From positions 95,542,001 through 95,606,000 of the forward strand of contig CM060731.1 of NCBI GenBank assembly GCA_030704615.1: a DNA stretch of 64,000 nucleotides, written 5' to 3'. The position numbers were made by a program, and so were the translations under genes. The stretch is from Takakia lepidozioides. Its lineage: Eukaryota > Plantae > Bryophyta. The notes beneath the pieces were generated by a model. The model was not told the DNA's origin. It searched no databases and saw only the letters and a program-made list of their open reading frames with translations. Each line of letters begins with the position of its first letter. The stretch's first letter is position 1. Shown here piece by piece: positions 48,919-61,129 of this stretch.

Positions 48919-50594
48919 TTGAGTGTCAACACGGAGGTGCCACTAGTTGCTGGGGACAGTGCCGATTCGAGCACTAGCGATACTAGTGGGTACACGAGAC
49001 GAGGTGTGCGGTTTAGGCCACCTTCACCTCCTGTGTCTTCTACGGAAGGTTCTGATTCGGATTGTGAATCAGGAGGACTCATACCGGCGGTGCAAGTTGT
49101 TTCTTTGCCATTGTTGTGGGACACAATGGAGGAGATGTATGGAGCTACCAAGGGGCCACAAAGGTACTCTGGGATGGTGGGCACCATCGAGTTGGATGAT
49201 TTTATCCAAGAGTTTGATAGTTGGTGTGATTTGCAGCAAATGCGCAATCCACACAAATTTACGCCTTTCATGGCATGGAAGGGGCTGTTTCAGCACCTTG
49301 AGGGGCCGCCTATGGATGATTACCATGACTTCAGGCGGGGGCATGAGGTTGATCGAGGATTGGAGGATGTACTGGTCACCCAACTATGTCTCCATCACTA
49401 GGGGCACTAGAGCCACGAGGGCAGTGGCTACACTTGCCACTGCACCGGCAGCTTCAGCAAGTAGCAGTGGGACTAGTGGGACTGGTGGTACAATAGCTAC
49501 GACGTCCACCCAAGCCACTACCGCACCAGCACTAGTACCCGTGCCTGCCTTCAACCCCATTGTGGAGTTCTTCGAAGAGTTGAGAGGGAACTACCAAGGG
49601 GTGAGGACAGAGAAGTTGCGGAGCTTGCAAGAGTTCCAACGGAAGCCGACCGAGAGCTTGAGGGAGGCTTTCACTCGCATGAGGCGCTTGATAAATGTAA
49701 CCCAAGGGGTTACGGAAGCTCAGACAGTCCAATTCTGGTATGGGATATTGGACAAGGAGCTGAGGAGAAGGGTGCGGGATGCAACTCTCCTACAAGCGGC
49801 CCAACCCACCTTAGCAAATGTGTTTTTGTTGGCAGAGCGGATAGAGCTCAACATGGTGGAGGAACGAGTGGTCATGGTGGGATTTGCTAAGGAGACACCA
49901 CGGGGTAGTGGTGCTCCTAGCCAACCACTACCTCAACGTGCTCAAGGCAACAAGGGGCTCAGGTGAAGCTCAGGGAAGGGCAGAGAGGACCTCAGATGCA
50001 GGGGTCTCTCCCTTCATTTACTGGCCAAAACGGGCGGATGTGGTGTGCTGGACATGTGGAGGACCCCATGTCAAGAAGGATTGCCCAGAGGGAGGCAAAG
50101 GGCCGGCACATGCATAGCCTGCATAGTTGCAGTGTGGGCATTGTGGCAAGCACGGGCATGGAGAGGCCCAGTGTTATGGTTTGCATCCTGAGTTGCGCCC
50201 AGGCCAGTTCCAAGGGAACAATGGTGGCCGGGGCGAGGTGGAGCAGCCAGAGAGGACGAGGTGGCCAGCCACGAGGTGTAGGCCAAGGCAAGCTCAACAT
50301 GGCCAAGGACGCGGAGGTCAGGGTGTTGACCAAGGCATGGCCAACCGGCTTCAGCAGCTAGAGCAGAGGCTCGCTGCCATGGCTACAGCTCAGGTACCGG
50401 CTCTAAGGCCGGATGGTCCACCTCCTGCTCCTGAGGGAGGAGATATGGGAGGCATGGGATCTATGTGTGGAGCAGCACTACCACTAGTGCAGGTGGAGTC
50501 TGCTGCAGCCGTGACTCGAGGAGCAGCACGAGTTCTTAAGCCACGAGGTGCAGAGGTGGAGTTGGATCCACAGCGTTGGGTGGCAAGCCGTTAG
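48919..50594 (+). pseudogene. gag: Family B gag, frameshifted
   Basis: YSGMVGTIELDDFIQEF, QRKPTESLREAFTRM, and knuckles CWTCGGPHVKKDC and CGHCGKHGHGEAQC. Confidence 0.85.
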
Positions 50595-50796
50595 GTTAGG
50601 CTTCCTCAGTCATTCACATTGGCGGAGACAGTGTCGACACCATCCATGGCACCTAGTTCTCGCCCCGACTGTTACCGAGGCGGAGGTTACTATGCCATTG
50701 GGAGAGCTACACGGGTAGCACAACTACCTAGTGTTGCCAAGGCTACGGTAGCTAGTGTGCTGCTAGGAGCGGCCACATCTGTGTGCCCAGGCTCCA

Positions 50797-51500
50797 TTGT
50801 TCTCGGCTACCATGATTGCGACGCCGGGGGTAAGACCAGCTGAGGTGTTCAGGCTGGCAGCTACACTCTGTGAGAGTGGGGAGGTTACTTCATCTTCTGC
50901 GGAGATAGTGGGGGGTGTAGTGCCGGAGGGATCCTCGGATTTGAGGGTCAAGACTGCCACGGCGGCGCCATGGCAAGCTGCAGCTGTTAGGTTGATGGAG
51001 CTGCCAGCTAGGCCAGCCATTGAGCGCGCCATGATGACACCTGGAGTTGTCATGTTAGACAACCAGGATGGCATTTTCTGTTTGAGTGGACCGGCAGGCA
51101 AGAGGTACCGGTCACTGCGGGTCTTGTTGGACTCGGGAGCTCAGCCATTGATGCTGGGCAGAGCTGCTATTGCAGGCTTGGGCCTCACAGAGGCGGATAT
51201 GGAGCCTTGTCCTTTCCAGATACAGACGTCTCTGGGAGAATCGAAGCAGGCTCGGGGCATGACACGGCGTGAGTTGGCTATCAGACTACGGCCGGATCAC
51301 CTACAGATGGCTCAGTGATGCGAGCCAAGGCCATTGTGACAGACGCGGTCTCATACGATGTCCTGGTTGGTGGGCAGTGTTGTACCCCATGGGCTTCACT
51401 CTGGATTTTTGGGAGGAGTCAGCTTCCTATAGGCCTGCATGGCAGTCAGGGGAGGGCCGGCGTGTGCAGCTCCCTGTGACGTTCATAGGAGGAGTTGCGG
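50797..51500 (+). pseudogene. pol: Family B aspartic protease
   Basis: VLLDSGAQPLMLG, followed by YDVLVG. Confidence 0.85.
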
Positions 51501-51838
51501 TTGCCCAACGAGGCAAGATGCCGACACTAGCAGCATTCACAGTGGCAGTGAGTTGGCCTAGAGAGTTGCTTGAGGGCAACGCTCATTCAGAGGATGTGCC
51601 ACCTCCGGGAGAGCAGGATGACATGTATGGTATGGCGGAGTTGTCTACCATGGTTGCTCAGACTCCATTGTGGGGCACGAGCAAGGATTTGCAATGGGAT
51701 GCTGATAGACGGGTGCAACAAGCCTGGGTGGAGGCTTTTGTACCGTCAAGAGAGGAGGAGAGTGCGGGGATTGCACCAGGACCACCTCAGTTGTCTCCAT
51801 TGGACACCACACCTATTGTATGGCAGTATCCGGATAAA

Positions 51839-52219
51839 GGCATTTGTCTTCTGGACTTGTTTGGCGGAATCAGTACCGGATTGGCTGTTGTGTTATAGGC
51901 AGGTGAACGAGTTCGGCGTTACTTGTATGTGGAGAGGGATGAGACTGCATGACACGTTTCACTTTGCCATGTTGCTTAGTTGGTGCAGCGGTACCCTGAG
52001 TTATTGTCGGTGTCTGCAATTCGTGGATATCAGTAGGCCTTGCCAGCAGACATTTTGTTGCTGGGGGCGCAGGATTTGGAGCGGGTTGGCTCCATTGATC
52101 TGGTAGTGGCAGGTTGGCCTTGCCAAGGGCATTCATCAGCCGGGCATGGCAATGGATTGCGAGACTCGAGGTCGGGTCTGTTTTGGGAGATGGTGCGGGT
52201 TTTGCGCCACTTGCAGCTT
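51839..52219 (+). pseudogene. C5 cytosine DNA methyltransferase (DNMT3-like), N-terminal half (motifs I-V)
   Basis: LLDLFGGIS.GL (I), YLYVERD (II), DI, DLVVAGWPCQGHS.AG (IV, catalytic PC at 52118-52123) and GLRDSRSGLFWE.VRVL. Confidence 0.92.
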
Positions 52220-55057
52220 TGTAGTGTGAAAAGAAGGGGCGTGAATCCCCTTCTGTATAATTCTAATTGTGCTTCCTTCCATTCTAAGCGGAGCAAAAGA
52301 AAGAAGGTTCTTCTTTTCTGTCCTACTGTCGTCAGTTGGCTGTGGGTTTCCCTCAGCTCCTTCGTGATCAGAGTTCAAGCAATCCTCATCCACGCCGCAG
52401 CGGAAGAGAAGACATGGATGGGGAGTCAAATTGTTGTTCACTCTTGGTTCTACCTTTTACACAACATCCTCTACCTGCAGGTACAGCACCAACTATGCTG
52501 CCACGATGTATTCAGTGATGCAATCAGCCCTATGTCAGTGATAAACACTGCCCTTGTGGGCAGTTCCCTTGGTCTGCAACACGTCGGAAGCCCCTTTTTG
52601 TAATGAGATCACGGTCTAGGTGGGTGGACAGCTCAGATCTGCCATGAACTGCAGGCCCACTAGTTTGATCATTCAGGGTTCATGTCTTCTTGACCTTGCC
52701 TCTCCATTTGTCCATCCCTCATCAACCCTTCTCCCTTTTCACTTTTTCTTTCTCTCAAATCCTTTTTCCTTGGTGTGTGGATTCCTCACTTTTTCACAAC
52801 AGCATGGCTATGATGCAATGCAAATGCACATCCAGCCAGGCATCCAGTGCATCCATCATTGAAGTCAACCTTGGTTACAAGACATGATCTGCCCCTCTGT
52901 CGGTCTTTCTCTTTTTCTCTCTCTCCAGTGACTGGTCCTTGCACTATCTTTCCCCAAGTGGATCCTATTTGGCCAAGGTGCTTCACAACCCTTCTACAGA
53001 TCTCAAATCACACACCCTGACAACTCTCTTTTTCTCCCTCAAATGCAAACCTCAGTCATTCACATGTTGAGAACACTTCTAAATCAGATCCAAACCCCAA
53101 AACAGTATTGACTTTTCTTCCCCATCCACGTCATCCCTCTCTCAGTTCTTCAAATCCGTTTCTGTCTGACCATCCCTGTTCTCCTTTATCCACCAAGCTA
53201 ATTCTACACTGGCTCCACTGTTTTAACATCCAGGGCTGGTTTGCTTATGCTGGCTGAAGACACTGAAAAAAAGAAAATGAACACAACAACAGCAACCATT
53301 CTGACCCTGATGTGAGCTATCCTTGTCCCCTCTATCTTTTTCCTAATGACAGTGTAACAACAGGTGCATCCATCTCCACCCTATCCTGGTTTGAATTCCA
53401 GTGTCTTCATTCCATTTTCAAAGGCCTTTTCTACTCCTCACATTTCTGTCCCCTTCAGCAGATACAAGACAGTTCCAAAAACTTCACAAAGTCATTCTAA
53501 GTGCCCAAAAAGAGAGACCAACACTCTTAGAACTTATCTGTCTTATACTCGTGTGAAGCGGTGGTTCTGCCTGCTAAGCTGGCACCTCACCATCGCTGTC
53601 AGCAGCCATATTCAACGCTTCTCCTCATCTTGATTCCAGTTCTCATCATGTCATGACGGCTTGCTTCATTAGCTGGCAACATCCTTGTGCTTGCCAACCT
53701 CTACCCTATCCCTCTACATGTGTACTTCTGCCCTAAGGATTGATGTGCTCCTACAGCTCTAAGACAGAAGGCTACTACAAGTTTTAATTACAGATGACCT
53801 GAGTCGCATCCACACCAGCCTGCACTTCTCATTCCCCAACAGCTGTTGTTGCGCTCCATCTCCTCATAACTGTACTCTTCAAGACAATGGCGGCAGCGGT
53901 AGTGCACTGCTCTTAGCACCTGCTCAGCTTTCAAAATTGATATCACCACGCAGAAAGAGGCACCGCTTCTCCTTGCACAAAATGCCAAGCAGATCCCTTA
54001 ACGTCGCGCTTTAAGGCAAGCTGATTCACATGGTGCAGGTGTAAGTTCCCAAGCCAGCCTGCCTGACAACACTACGGCAGCAGCTGTGAAGAGTTGCCCG
54101 TCGTCTTCCTCCTCGTTTTCCTCAGCTCGAGTTTCTAGGTTAAACATACGCGACGAAAATCATTCATTCCAAGGATGAAAATGCGCATGTTATGACTTAG
54201 CCATATTTTGTCCTGGCAGAGCAAGAGCATAGTGTTCCCATGGAATTACCTGTAGGCCTGGGTAATTCTCTCCCGACATTAGTACCAGGCACTCCCTTCT
54301 TCACCAATGCCGTAATTTGATTCCCAACAAAAATTTCCATGTTACTCCCCTGCATTACACTACATGTAGTGTGTCTCCCTTTTTAAGTGTCAGGGTCCTC
54401 ACTGACCACCTTCACCAGCTGAACACCTACTGGTGATATGAAAGGTTTCAAGTCGTGCCTACCTCTTACCCATTCCCTGCCTGCTTTATCTTTCAGCCTG
54501 CACCATCGGCCAGCTTCCCTTCCAGGATCATAAGGTACTCCCAACAGGTACATTGTGTTGATTCCCTTCTGTTTCTGTGCTCCAGCTATCTTGGAGAGGT
54601 CCGTCTGTGATATTGTTTCTGATTGTCTTGCCTTGGCCTTCAGCAAAAGAAAGCCCTCTCTGCTCATAATCTTCAAGGCCACTTCTGTCTGGCTGGTGCA
54701 AGCAGTGTTGTTCTCAAGCTGACACCACCATCTGGTTTCCATGTAGCTTATCATGCCAATTTCATGGCCTTCCTCCTTGGCCATAATTTTCGTGCTCCAT
54801 CCCTGAGCTTGCATCGTCGTCCAGCCCTTCCTGTTCAAGTGACAGCGTGACGGTCCATCTTTTCCGCCGGCTAGAGCAATTCCAATTTGTGACAATACCT
54901 TCTTCCTCTTCTTGTAGTTCATGCCAGGCAGGTCCTGATCTCCTTCCCCTACAAACCAGCGTTTCCCAATTTTGTTGTTGCTCCCCTGGCTCCTTGTTTT
55001 GAATCTCAGCTATCACTTGTGCTCCCATCGACATTCGCACCTTTCGTGCTGCTCATT

Positions 55058-55370
55058 TCCTTCCTGCTCCATTTGTTGAGACAGTTGTGGGGTCTGTCCT
55101 TCAGAGCCATGCTGTGCATAACCTGCAATCATTTCTCTCCATGACCCCACTTTTCTGTGAGACATATTGTCACACATGTGTTGTGCACCCTTCATGCTTC
55201 CACGTTTGGCATACCTGTCAACAATGGAAGTATCCATAATGATATCTGGTGCAATACCAGATTTGATACTGTCATCATGGACCTCTTCGACTCTTACCAG
55301 GTCTGTCAGGTTCGCACATGCATTCAACACACACAGGAACGTCACCTGTTTGGGCTTCTCTCCTTCATCT
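55058..55370 (-). pseudogene. Captured PLS-class pentatricopeptide-repeat fragment
   Basis: KPKQVTFLCVLNACA...VH...TSIVDRYAKRGSM..A....DNM...V.SW..MIAGYAQHG...M..EG. Confidence 0.85.
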
Positions 55371-56931
55371 CCAGCATCTGTAGAAAGCTCATTGCCTCTC
55401 TGAATTGCATCTGCTGGCATAGCCTTAGCTCCTTCAGTTACAATGTCAAAGCACTCTTCAAGGCCATTAGCACCCGTGTGATGCCAATGATCTAGGTATG
55501 CTTGGGGATGATGGCACTCAGCCTGCATCGTTGCTTTATCTCCATTCTTGACTTCAGTGACAAAGTAATGATCTTCTTGGCCTTCCCTTTGCCATGAATG
55601 TTTTGTCCAACAATGCTATAGTGTCCTGCATTTCTGGTTTCTGAGGTCTCGTCCTTGAACCTTCCTCCTCCAATCCCAGACTCCAACTATGAGTACTTCC
55701 AGTCTGCACATCACTCTGAACAACAAGCTCTCTTACCTTCATCTCTCCTTCATACAGCACCACCGAGTCACCCTTTTCACGACCTTCTCCACTTCTTTCC
55801 TCAATAAACTGTCACTTAGTGGAGCGGCTGTTCCAGAGCTGCTCTGCTCTTGCTTTTTCAGCTCCATAGGCTGCAGATTACTCTCTACAGAGACGTGACT
55901 TGTATTGAGCTGCCTCCCACACAAGACATGCAGCTCCTTCACTTCAATGCTTGAGTTTGCACTGAGCATTCTCAGATCTCCTCGTGTACCCGGATCCCAT
56001 ACACTTTGCTGGGCACAGTTCATTGGCTGACCTCTGAACGTTCAGTCAACCAGGGTTTTCTCAGCAGAAAGGCCAACCTTCTCTTTCTGATCCCTATGCA
56101 TCCTCTCCATCCCAAGATGCATCTCTCTAAGAGAGTCAAACTTTGCTGCTAGTTTCCCCATTTTCCACAGAGTGTTGAACCGTGAGAAGATTTCAAATCT
56201 TTCTTGTGAACGGTACTCAAATCTCCCATCCTTTGTTTTGTGGGTGGGAATTCAAGTATCCTTGTATCAACATCTACAGTTTCAAGGGCTGGAGAGACAC
56301 TCTGGCTTTTGGCACGAACTGGTGATTTCAGCGGACTTACATCTGATCCCAAGTTGTCATGCAAGCTGATGTCTCTTGTGCACTCAACCAACATCCACTT
56401 GGACATACCATCTTCCTTGTCATCCTTCTCATGTGCTATATTGGTCGTATGTCCTCCTTTACTTGAGTGTTCCGAACTCCTTTTGTATTCAGGTTCATTG
56501 TCCTCCCTTTGTCTTGCATTGCGCACATCTCACTCCTCCCATTCCCAATTGGTGTCCACATGTGTGTCTTTCTTTACACTCCATATGACCCTTCTTGGAT
56601 GAACAAAAGGCAGTGACCTGCCCATCTACATAGCATTGGTCGTCCAACTGAAACTTCCTACTTCTGAACTCTTCTTCACTCAATAAATTTTGACCACACA
56701 ACCCTTGCACGTTGTCGTTGATGACATCAAGATTTCTGTATATTGGTGTGGTGGCGGTATCATGATCAAGACAATCATCCCTTGCTTCTAACTCTTGCTT
56801 GGTTCCACATTTTTTCCGCATGTCTTGCTCTATCTCCAACTGTGCATCCTTTATGTCTGATTCCAGAGGTGCATCTTGATCCAGACCCTTTCTCGTTTGA
56901 GCGAGCAATGTACACTCTTCCTCTACCCATC

Positions 56932-57151
56932 CCATCAGATCTGCCCAAGACTCCTTGTCATCTTCGTCTCTCAGGACACTCACTTCACAGGTTGTACCAC
57001 CAACCCTTGGCGAGTTGGTGACGCTCTGCCCATACTCTTCAATTCCATCAGATCTGCCCAAGACTCCTTGTCATCTTCGTCTCTCAAGACACTCACTTCA
57101 CAGGTTGTACCACCAATCCTTGGCGAGTTGGTGACGCTCTGCCCATACTCT
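56932..57151. repeat. Tandem duplication, 113-bp period
   Basis: CCATCAGATCTGCCCAAGACTCC... at 56932 and 57045. Confidence 0.9.
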
Positions 57152-57743
57152 CCAAGCATGTCTTGATCTACATGTGCCCTTGTAGAAGACCTTAGGATCT
57201 GCACAGGAACTTGCAATCTAGGTGCACACTCTTCATTGACACCTGATTGATCCTCTATTGAACAAAAGATGTCTTCCATGATCTCTTCCTCTACATCACA
57301 AAACACATTCACAACGTTTGTGCCAAGAGGACTTACACATTCGAACTCCATCCTTCTGCTGCTCTTCGACTCCCATTGTTCCAACATTTCACAGCCTGAA
57401 TCTTGCATTCCACATGTTCCCATTTGCAGCCCCAGCCAGTGATTCTTTTCACTTCGGATCTGATTCTGTCTTGATGGACATGCAGTGCAACACTCTACTT
57501 GCTGCCTTGTTTTGTTCAAGTTGAGAACTCGAGGAAGCATTGCAGGGACTTCACTGGTGTGGTTCTTCTCCCTAAAGCACCTCCGTGACATTGTTTTGTG
57601 ATCTGGTATAGGTTTATGATCAATAGAACTCACAGGTGTGAACCTGTTGTGCTTATCCTTCTCAATCAGAGATAATTTCTCTTCCATCCCTGTAACAGAC
57701 TCTTCCACATTGGTATCTATCTCATCAAACTTCCTTGCTAACA

Positions 57744-58007
57744 TCACTTCATCTTACTTGATTGATCTTCTCCTCCAAATTTCAAGATTATGGCTACTTG
57801 AAAATCATGCCAGCTCATGGGCCTTGGTTTTTGTATACGATGCCAAGTATCCGCCCGTCCCTTGAGATTCAGCCATGCCGATACAAATAACTTGTGCTTA
57901 TCATAGCTCCGGATTTCACCATCCCTTTTCAGATTCTGGATCCAGCTGTAAACATCCTCATCCTCCTTCCCGTAAAATGGAATGTTAGTCACATTGCTCG
58001 CAATCAC
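57744..58007 (-). pseudogene. gag: Family D gag fragment
   Basis: FYGKEDEDVYSWI...LKGRADTW...SWHDFQ.AI..KF directly after the PBS. Confidence 0.75.
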
Positions 58008-60212
58008 TCCCCTATCTTGCTACACTAAATCCTACATTTCCCGGATCAAAGACCGGCCTGCTCTGATACCAAAAGAAGGGGCGTGAATCCCCTTCTGTAT
58101 AATTCTAATTGTGCTTCCTTCCATTCTAAGCGGAGCAAAAGAAAGAAGGTTCTTCTTTTCTGTCCTACTGTCGTCAGTTGGCTGTGGGTTTCCCTCAGCT
58201 CCTTCGTGATCAGAGTTCAAGCAATCCTCATCCACGCCGCAGCGGAAGAGAAGACATGGATGGGGAGTCAAATTGTTGTTCACTCTTGGTTCTACCTTTT
58301 ACACAACATCCTCTACCTGCAGGTACAGCACCAACTATGCTGCCACGATGTATTCAGTGATGCAATCAGCCCTATGTCAGTGATAAACACTGCCCTTGTG
58401 GGCAGTTCCCTTGGTCTGCAACACGTCGGAAGCCCCTTTTTGTAATGAGATCACGGTCTAGGTGGGTGGACAGCTCAGATCTGCCATGAACTGCAGGCCC
58501 ACTAGTTTGATCATTCAGGGTTCATGTCTTCTTGACCTTGCCTCTCCATTTGTCCATCCCTCATCAACCCTTCTCCCTTTTCACTTTTTCTTTCTCTCAA
58601 ATCCTTTTTCCTTGGTGTGTGGATTCCTCACTTTTTCACAACAGCATGGCTATGATGCAATGCAAATGCACATCCAGCCAGGCATCCAGTGCATCCATCA
58701 TTGAAGTCAACCTTGGTTACAAGACATGATCTGCCCCTCTGTCGGTCTTTCTCTTTTTCTCTCTCTCCAGTGACTGGTCCTTGCACTATCTTTCCCCAAG
58801 TGGATCCTATTTGGCCAAGGTGCTTCACAACCCTTCTACAGATCTCAAATCACACACCCTGACAACTCTCTTTTTCTCCTCAAATGCAAACCTCAGTCAT
58901 TCACATGTTGAGAACACTTCTATAAATCAGATCCAAACCCCAAAACAGTATTGACTTTTCTTCCCCATCCACGTCATCCTCTCAGTTCTTCAAATCCGTT
59001 TCTGTCTGACCATCCCTGTTCTCCTTATCCACCAAGCTAATTCTACACTGGCTCCACTGTTTTAACATCCAGGGCTGGTTTGCTTATGCTGGCTGAAGAC
59101 ACTGAAAATAAAGAAAATGAACACAACAACAGCAACCATTCTGACCCTGATGTGAGCTATCCTTGTCCCCTCTATCTTTTTCCTAATGACAGTGTAACAA
59201 CAGGTGCATCCATCTCCACCCTATCCTGGTTTGAATTCCAGTGTCTTCATTCCATTTTCAAAGGCCTTTTCTACTCCTCACATTTCTGTCCCCTTCAGCA
59301 GATACAAGAGACAGTTCCAAAAACTTCACAAAGTCATTCCTAAGTGCCCAAAAAGAGAGACCAACACTCTTAGAACTTATCTGTCTTATACTCGTGTGAA
59401 GCGGTGGTTCTGCCTGCTAAGCTGGCACCTCACCATCGCTGTCAGCAGCCATATTCAACGCTTCTCCTCATCTTGATTCCAGTTCTCATCATGTCATGAC
59501 GGCTTGCTTCATTAGCTGGCAACATCCTTGTGCTTGCCAACCTCTACCCTATCCCTCTACATGTGTACTTCTGCCCTAAGGATTGATGTGCTCCTACAGC
59601 TCTAAGACAGAAGGCTACTACAAGTTTTAATTACAGATGACCTGAGTCGCATCCACACCAGCCTGCACTTCTCATTCCCCAACAGCTGTTGTGCGCTCCA
59701 TCTCCTCATAACTGTACTCTTCAAGACAATGGCGGCAGCGGTAGTGCACTGCTCTTAGCACCTGCTCAGCTTTCAAAATTGATTATCACCACGCAGAAAG
59801 AGGCACCGCTTCTCCTTGCACAAAATGCCAAGCAGATCCCTTAACGTCGCGCTTTAAGGCAAGCTGATTCACATGGTGCAGGTGTAAGTTCCCAAGCCAG
59901 CCTGCCTGACAACACTACGGCAGCAGCTGTGAAGAGTTGCCCGTCGTCTTCCTCCTCGTTTTCCTCAGCTCGAGTTTCTAGGTTAAACATACGCGACGAA
60001 AATCATTCATTCCAAGGATGAAAATGCGCATGTTATGACTTAGCCATATTTTGTCCTGGCAGAGCAAGAGCATAGTGTTCCCATGGAATTACCTGTAGGC
60101 CTGGGTAATTCTCTCCCGACATTAGTACCAGGCACTCCCTTCTTCACCAATGCCGTAATTTGATTCCCAACAAAAATTTCCATGTTACTCCCCTGCATTC
60201 ACACTACAGCTT

Positions 60213-60770
60213 CATCAAGCTGTATCTCCAACATACATCTTGGAGAATGTGCCACTGATGGGCGATTCTCGGGCCAGGGTGATGGCCAGTGTGCATCAAG
60301 TCCGGTCGTGGCTTGGGTCAGCAGTGTTGCTAGATGCAGCTACAGTGGGTCACGGGCTCATCGTCCACGGCTATGGTGGACTAACTTGATGCCACCCGCA
60401 CTGCTCAAGCGTGCATTTGATGGGGTGCAGTGGCCAGCACATCTCACAGTGGATAGCATTCCGGACACAGGGAGGCAGTCTCAGCATGTGAGACACGATG
60501 ACCGTTCGCCTTTGGCAGTGGTCAACAAGGTGGGTCAACCACGAGCAGCATTACCTACACTGCTCAGCTTCCCAGGACCTGGCCTCATGTGGGATGCTCA
60601 GTTGCAGCAGTTAGTGGAGCCTAATGCTGACAAGCGTGAGCGGGCAATGGGTTTTACCACTGGTACCACGGCGATGTCGTCTCTTTCTGAGGCATCACGT
60701 CGTCAAGTGTTGGGGCAAGCAATGGATCTCAATTGCTTGACTTGGATTATCAGCTTGGCTATGGCTAAGC
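60213..60770 (+). pseudogene. C5 cytosine DNA methyltransferase (DNMT3-like), C-terminal half (motifs VI-X)
   Basis: YILENV (VI, 60243-60251), DAA.VGSRAHRPRLWWTN (VIII, one frameshift), ERAMGF..G.T (IX) and RRQVLGQAMD (X). Confidence 0.92.
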
Positions 60771-61129
60771 AATGCAGAGTGCGGAGTACACTTCCCTCGA
60801 TGGTCTCTCTGCCTACCGAGACAATACAGGCAGTGAGTGGGGGCGAGCATGTGAGGACCACGGGGTGCATGCATCCATGGCACATGTGGGAGGTGCTCGA
60901 GGTTCAGAGGGAGTTGGCAGCCAAGGTGGCGATGAAAGATGAGGTTGGGGATTTTTCTCGGGTGGAGGAAGTCCTTGAGGATGAGATGATGGGGCAGGAT
61001 GAGGCCTTGTCACTGACTGAGCAGGTAGGGGGTACTGCTCAAGAGGTTGCAACATAGCAACCACTGGACGCGTCCTCTACCTCTGAGCCCACTGGACTTA
61101 AGGTTGCAGTTACGGAGGACAATTGGGAG

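Larger units (their letters stand above)
52220..60208 (-). mobile_element. Family D non-autonomous LTR retrotransposon with ~2.1-kb near-identical LTRs (52220-54364 and 58072-60208)
   Basis: Termini TGTAGTGTGAA...TTCACACTACA, 4-bp TSD GCTT, tRNA-iMet PBS TGGTATCAGAGC (58060-58071) and PPT AAAAAGGGAGA (54374-54384). No RT or IN motifs inside. Confidence 0.93.
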
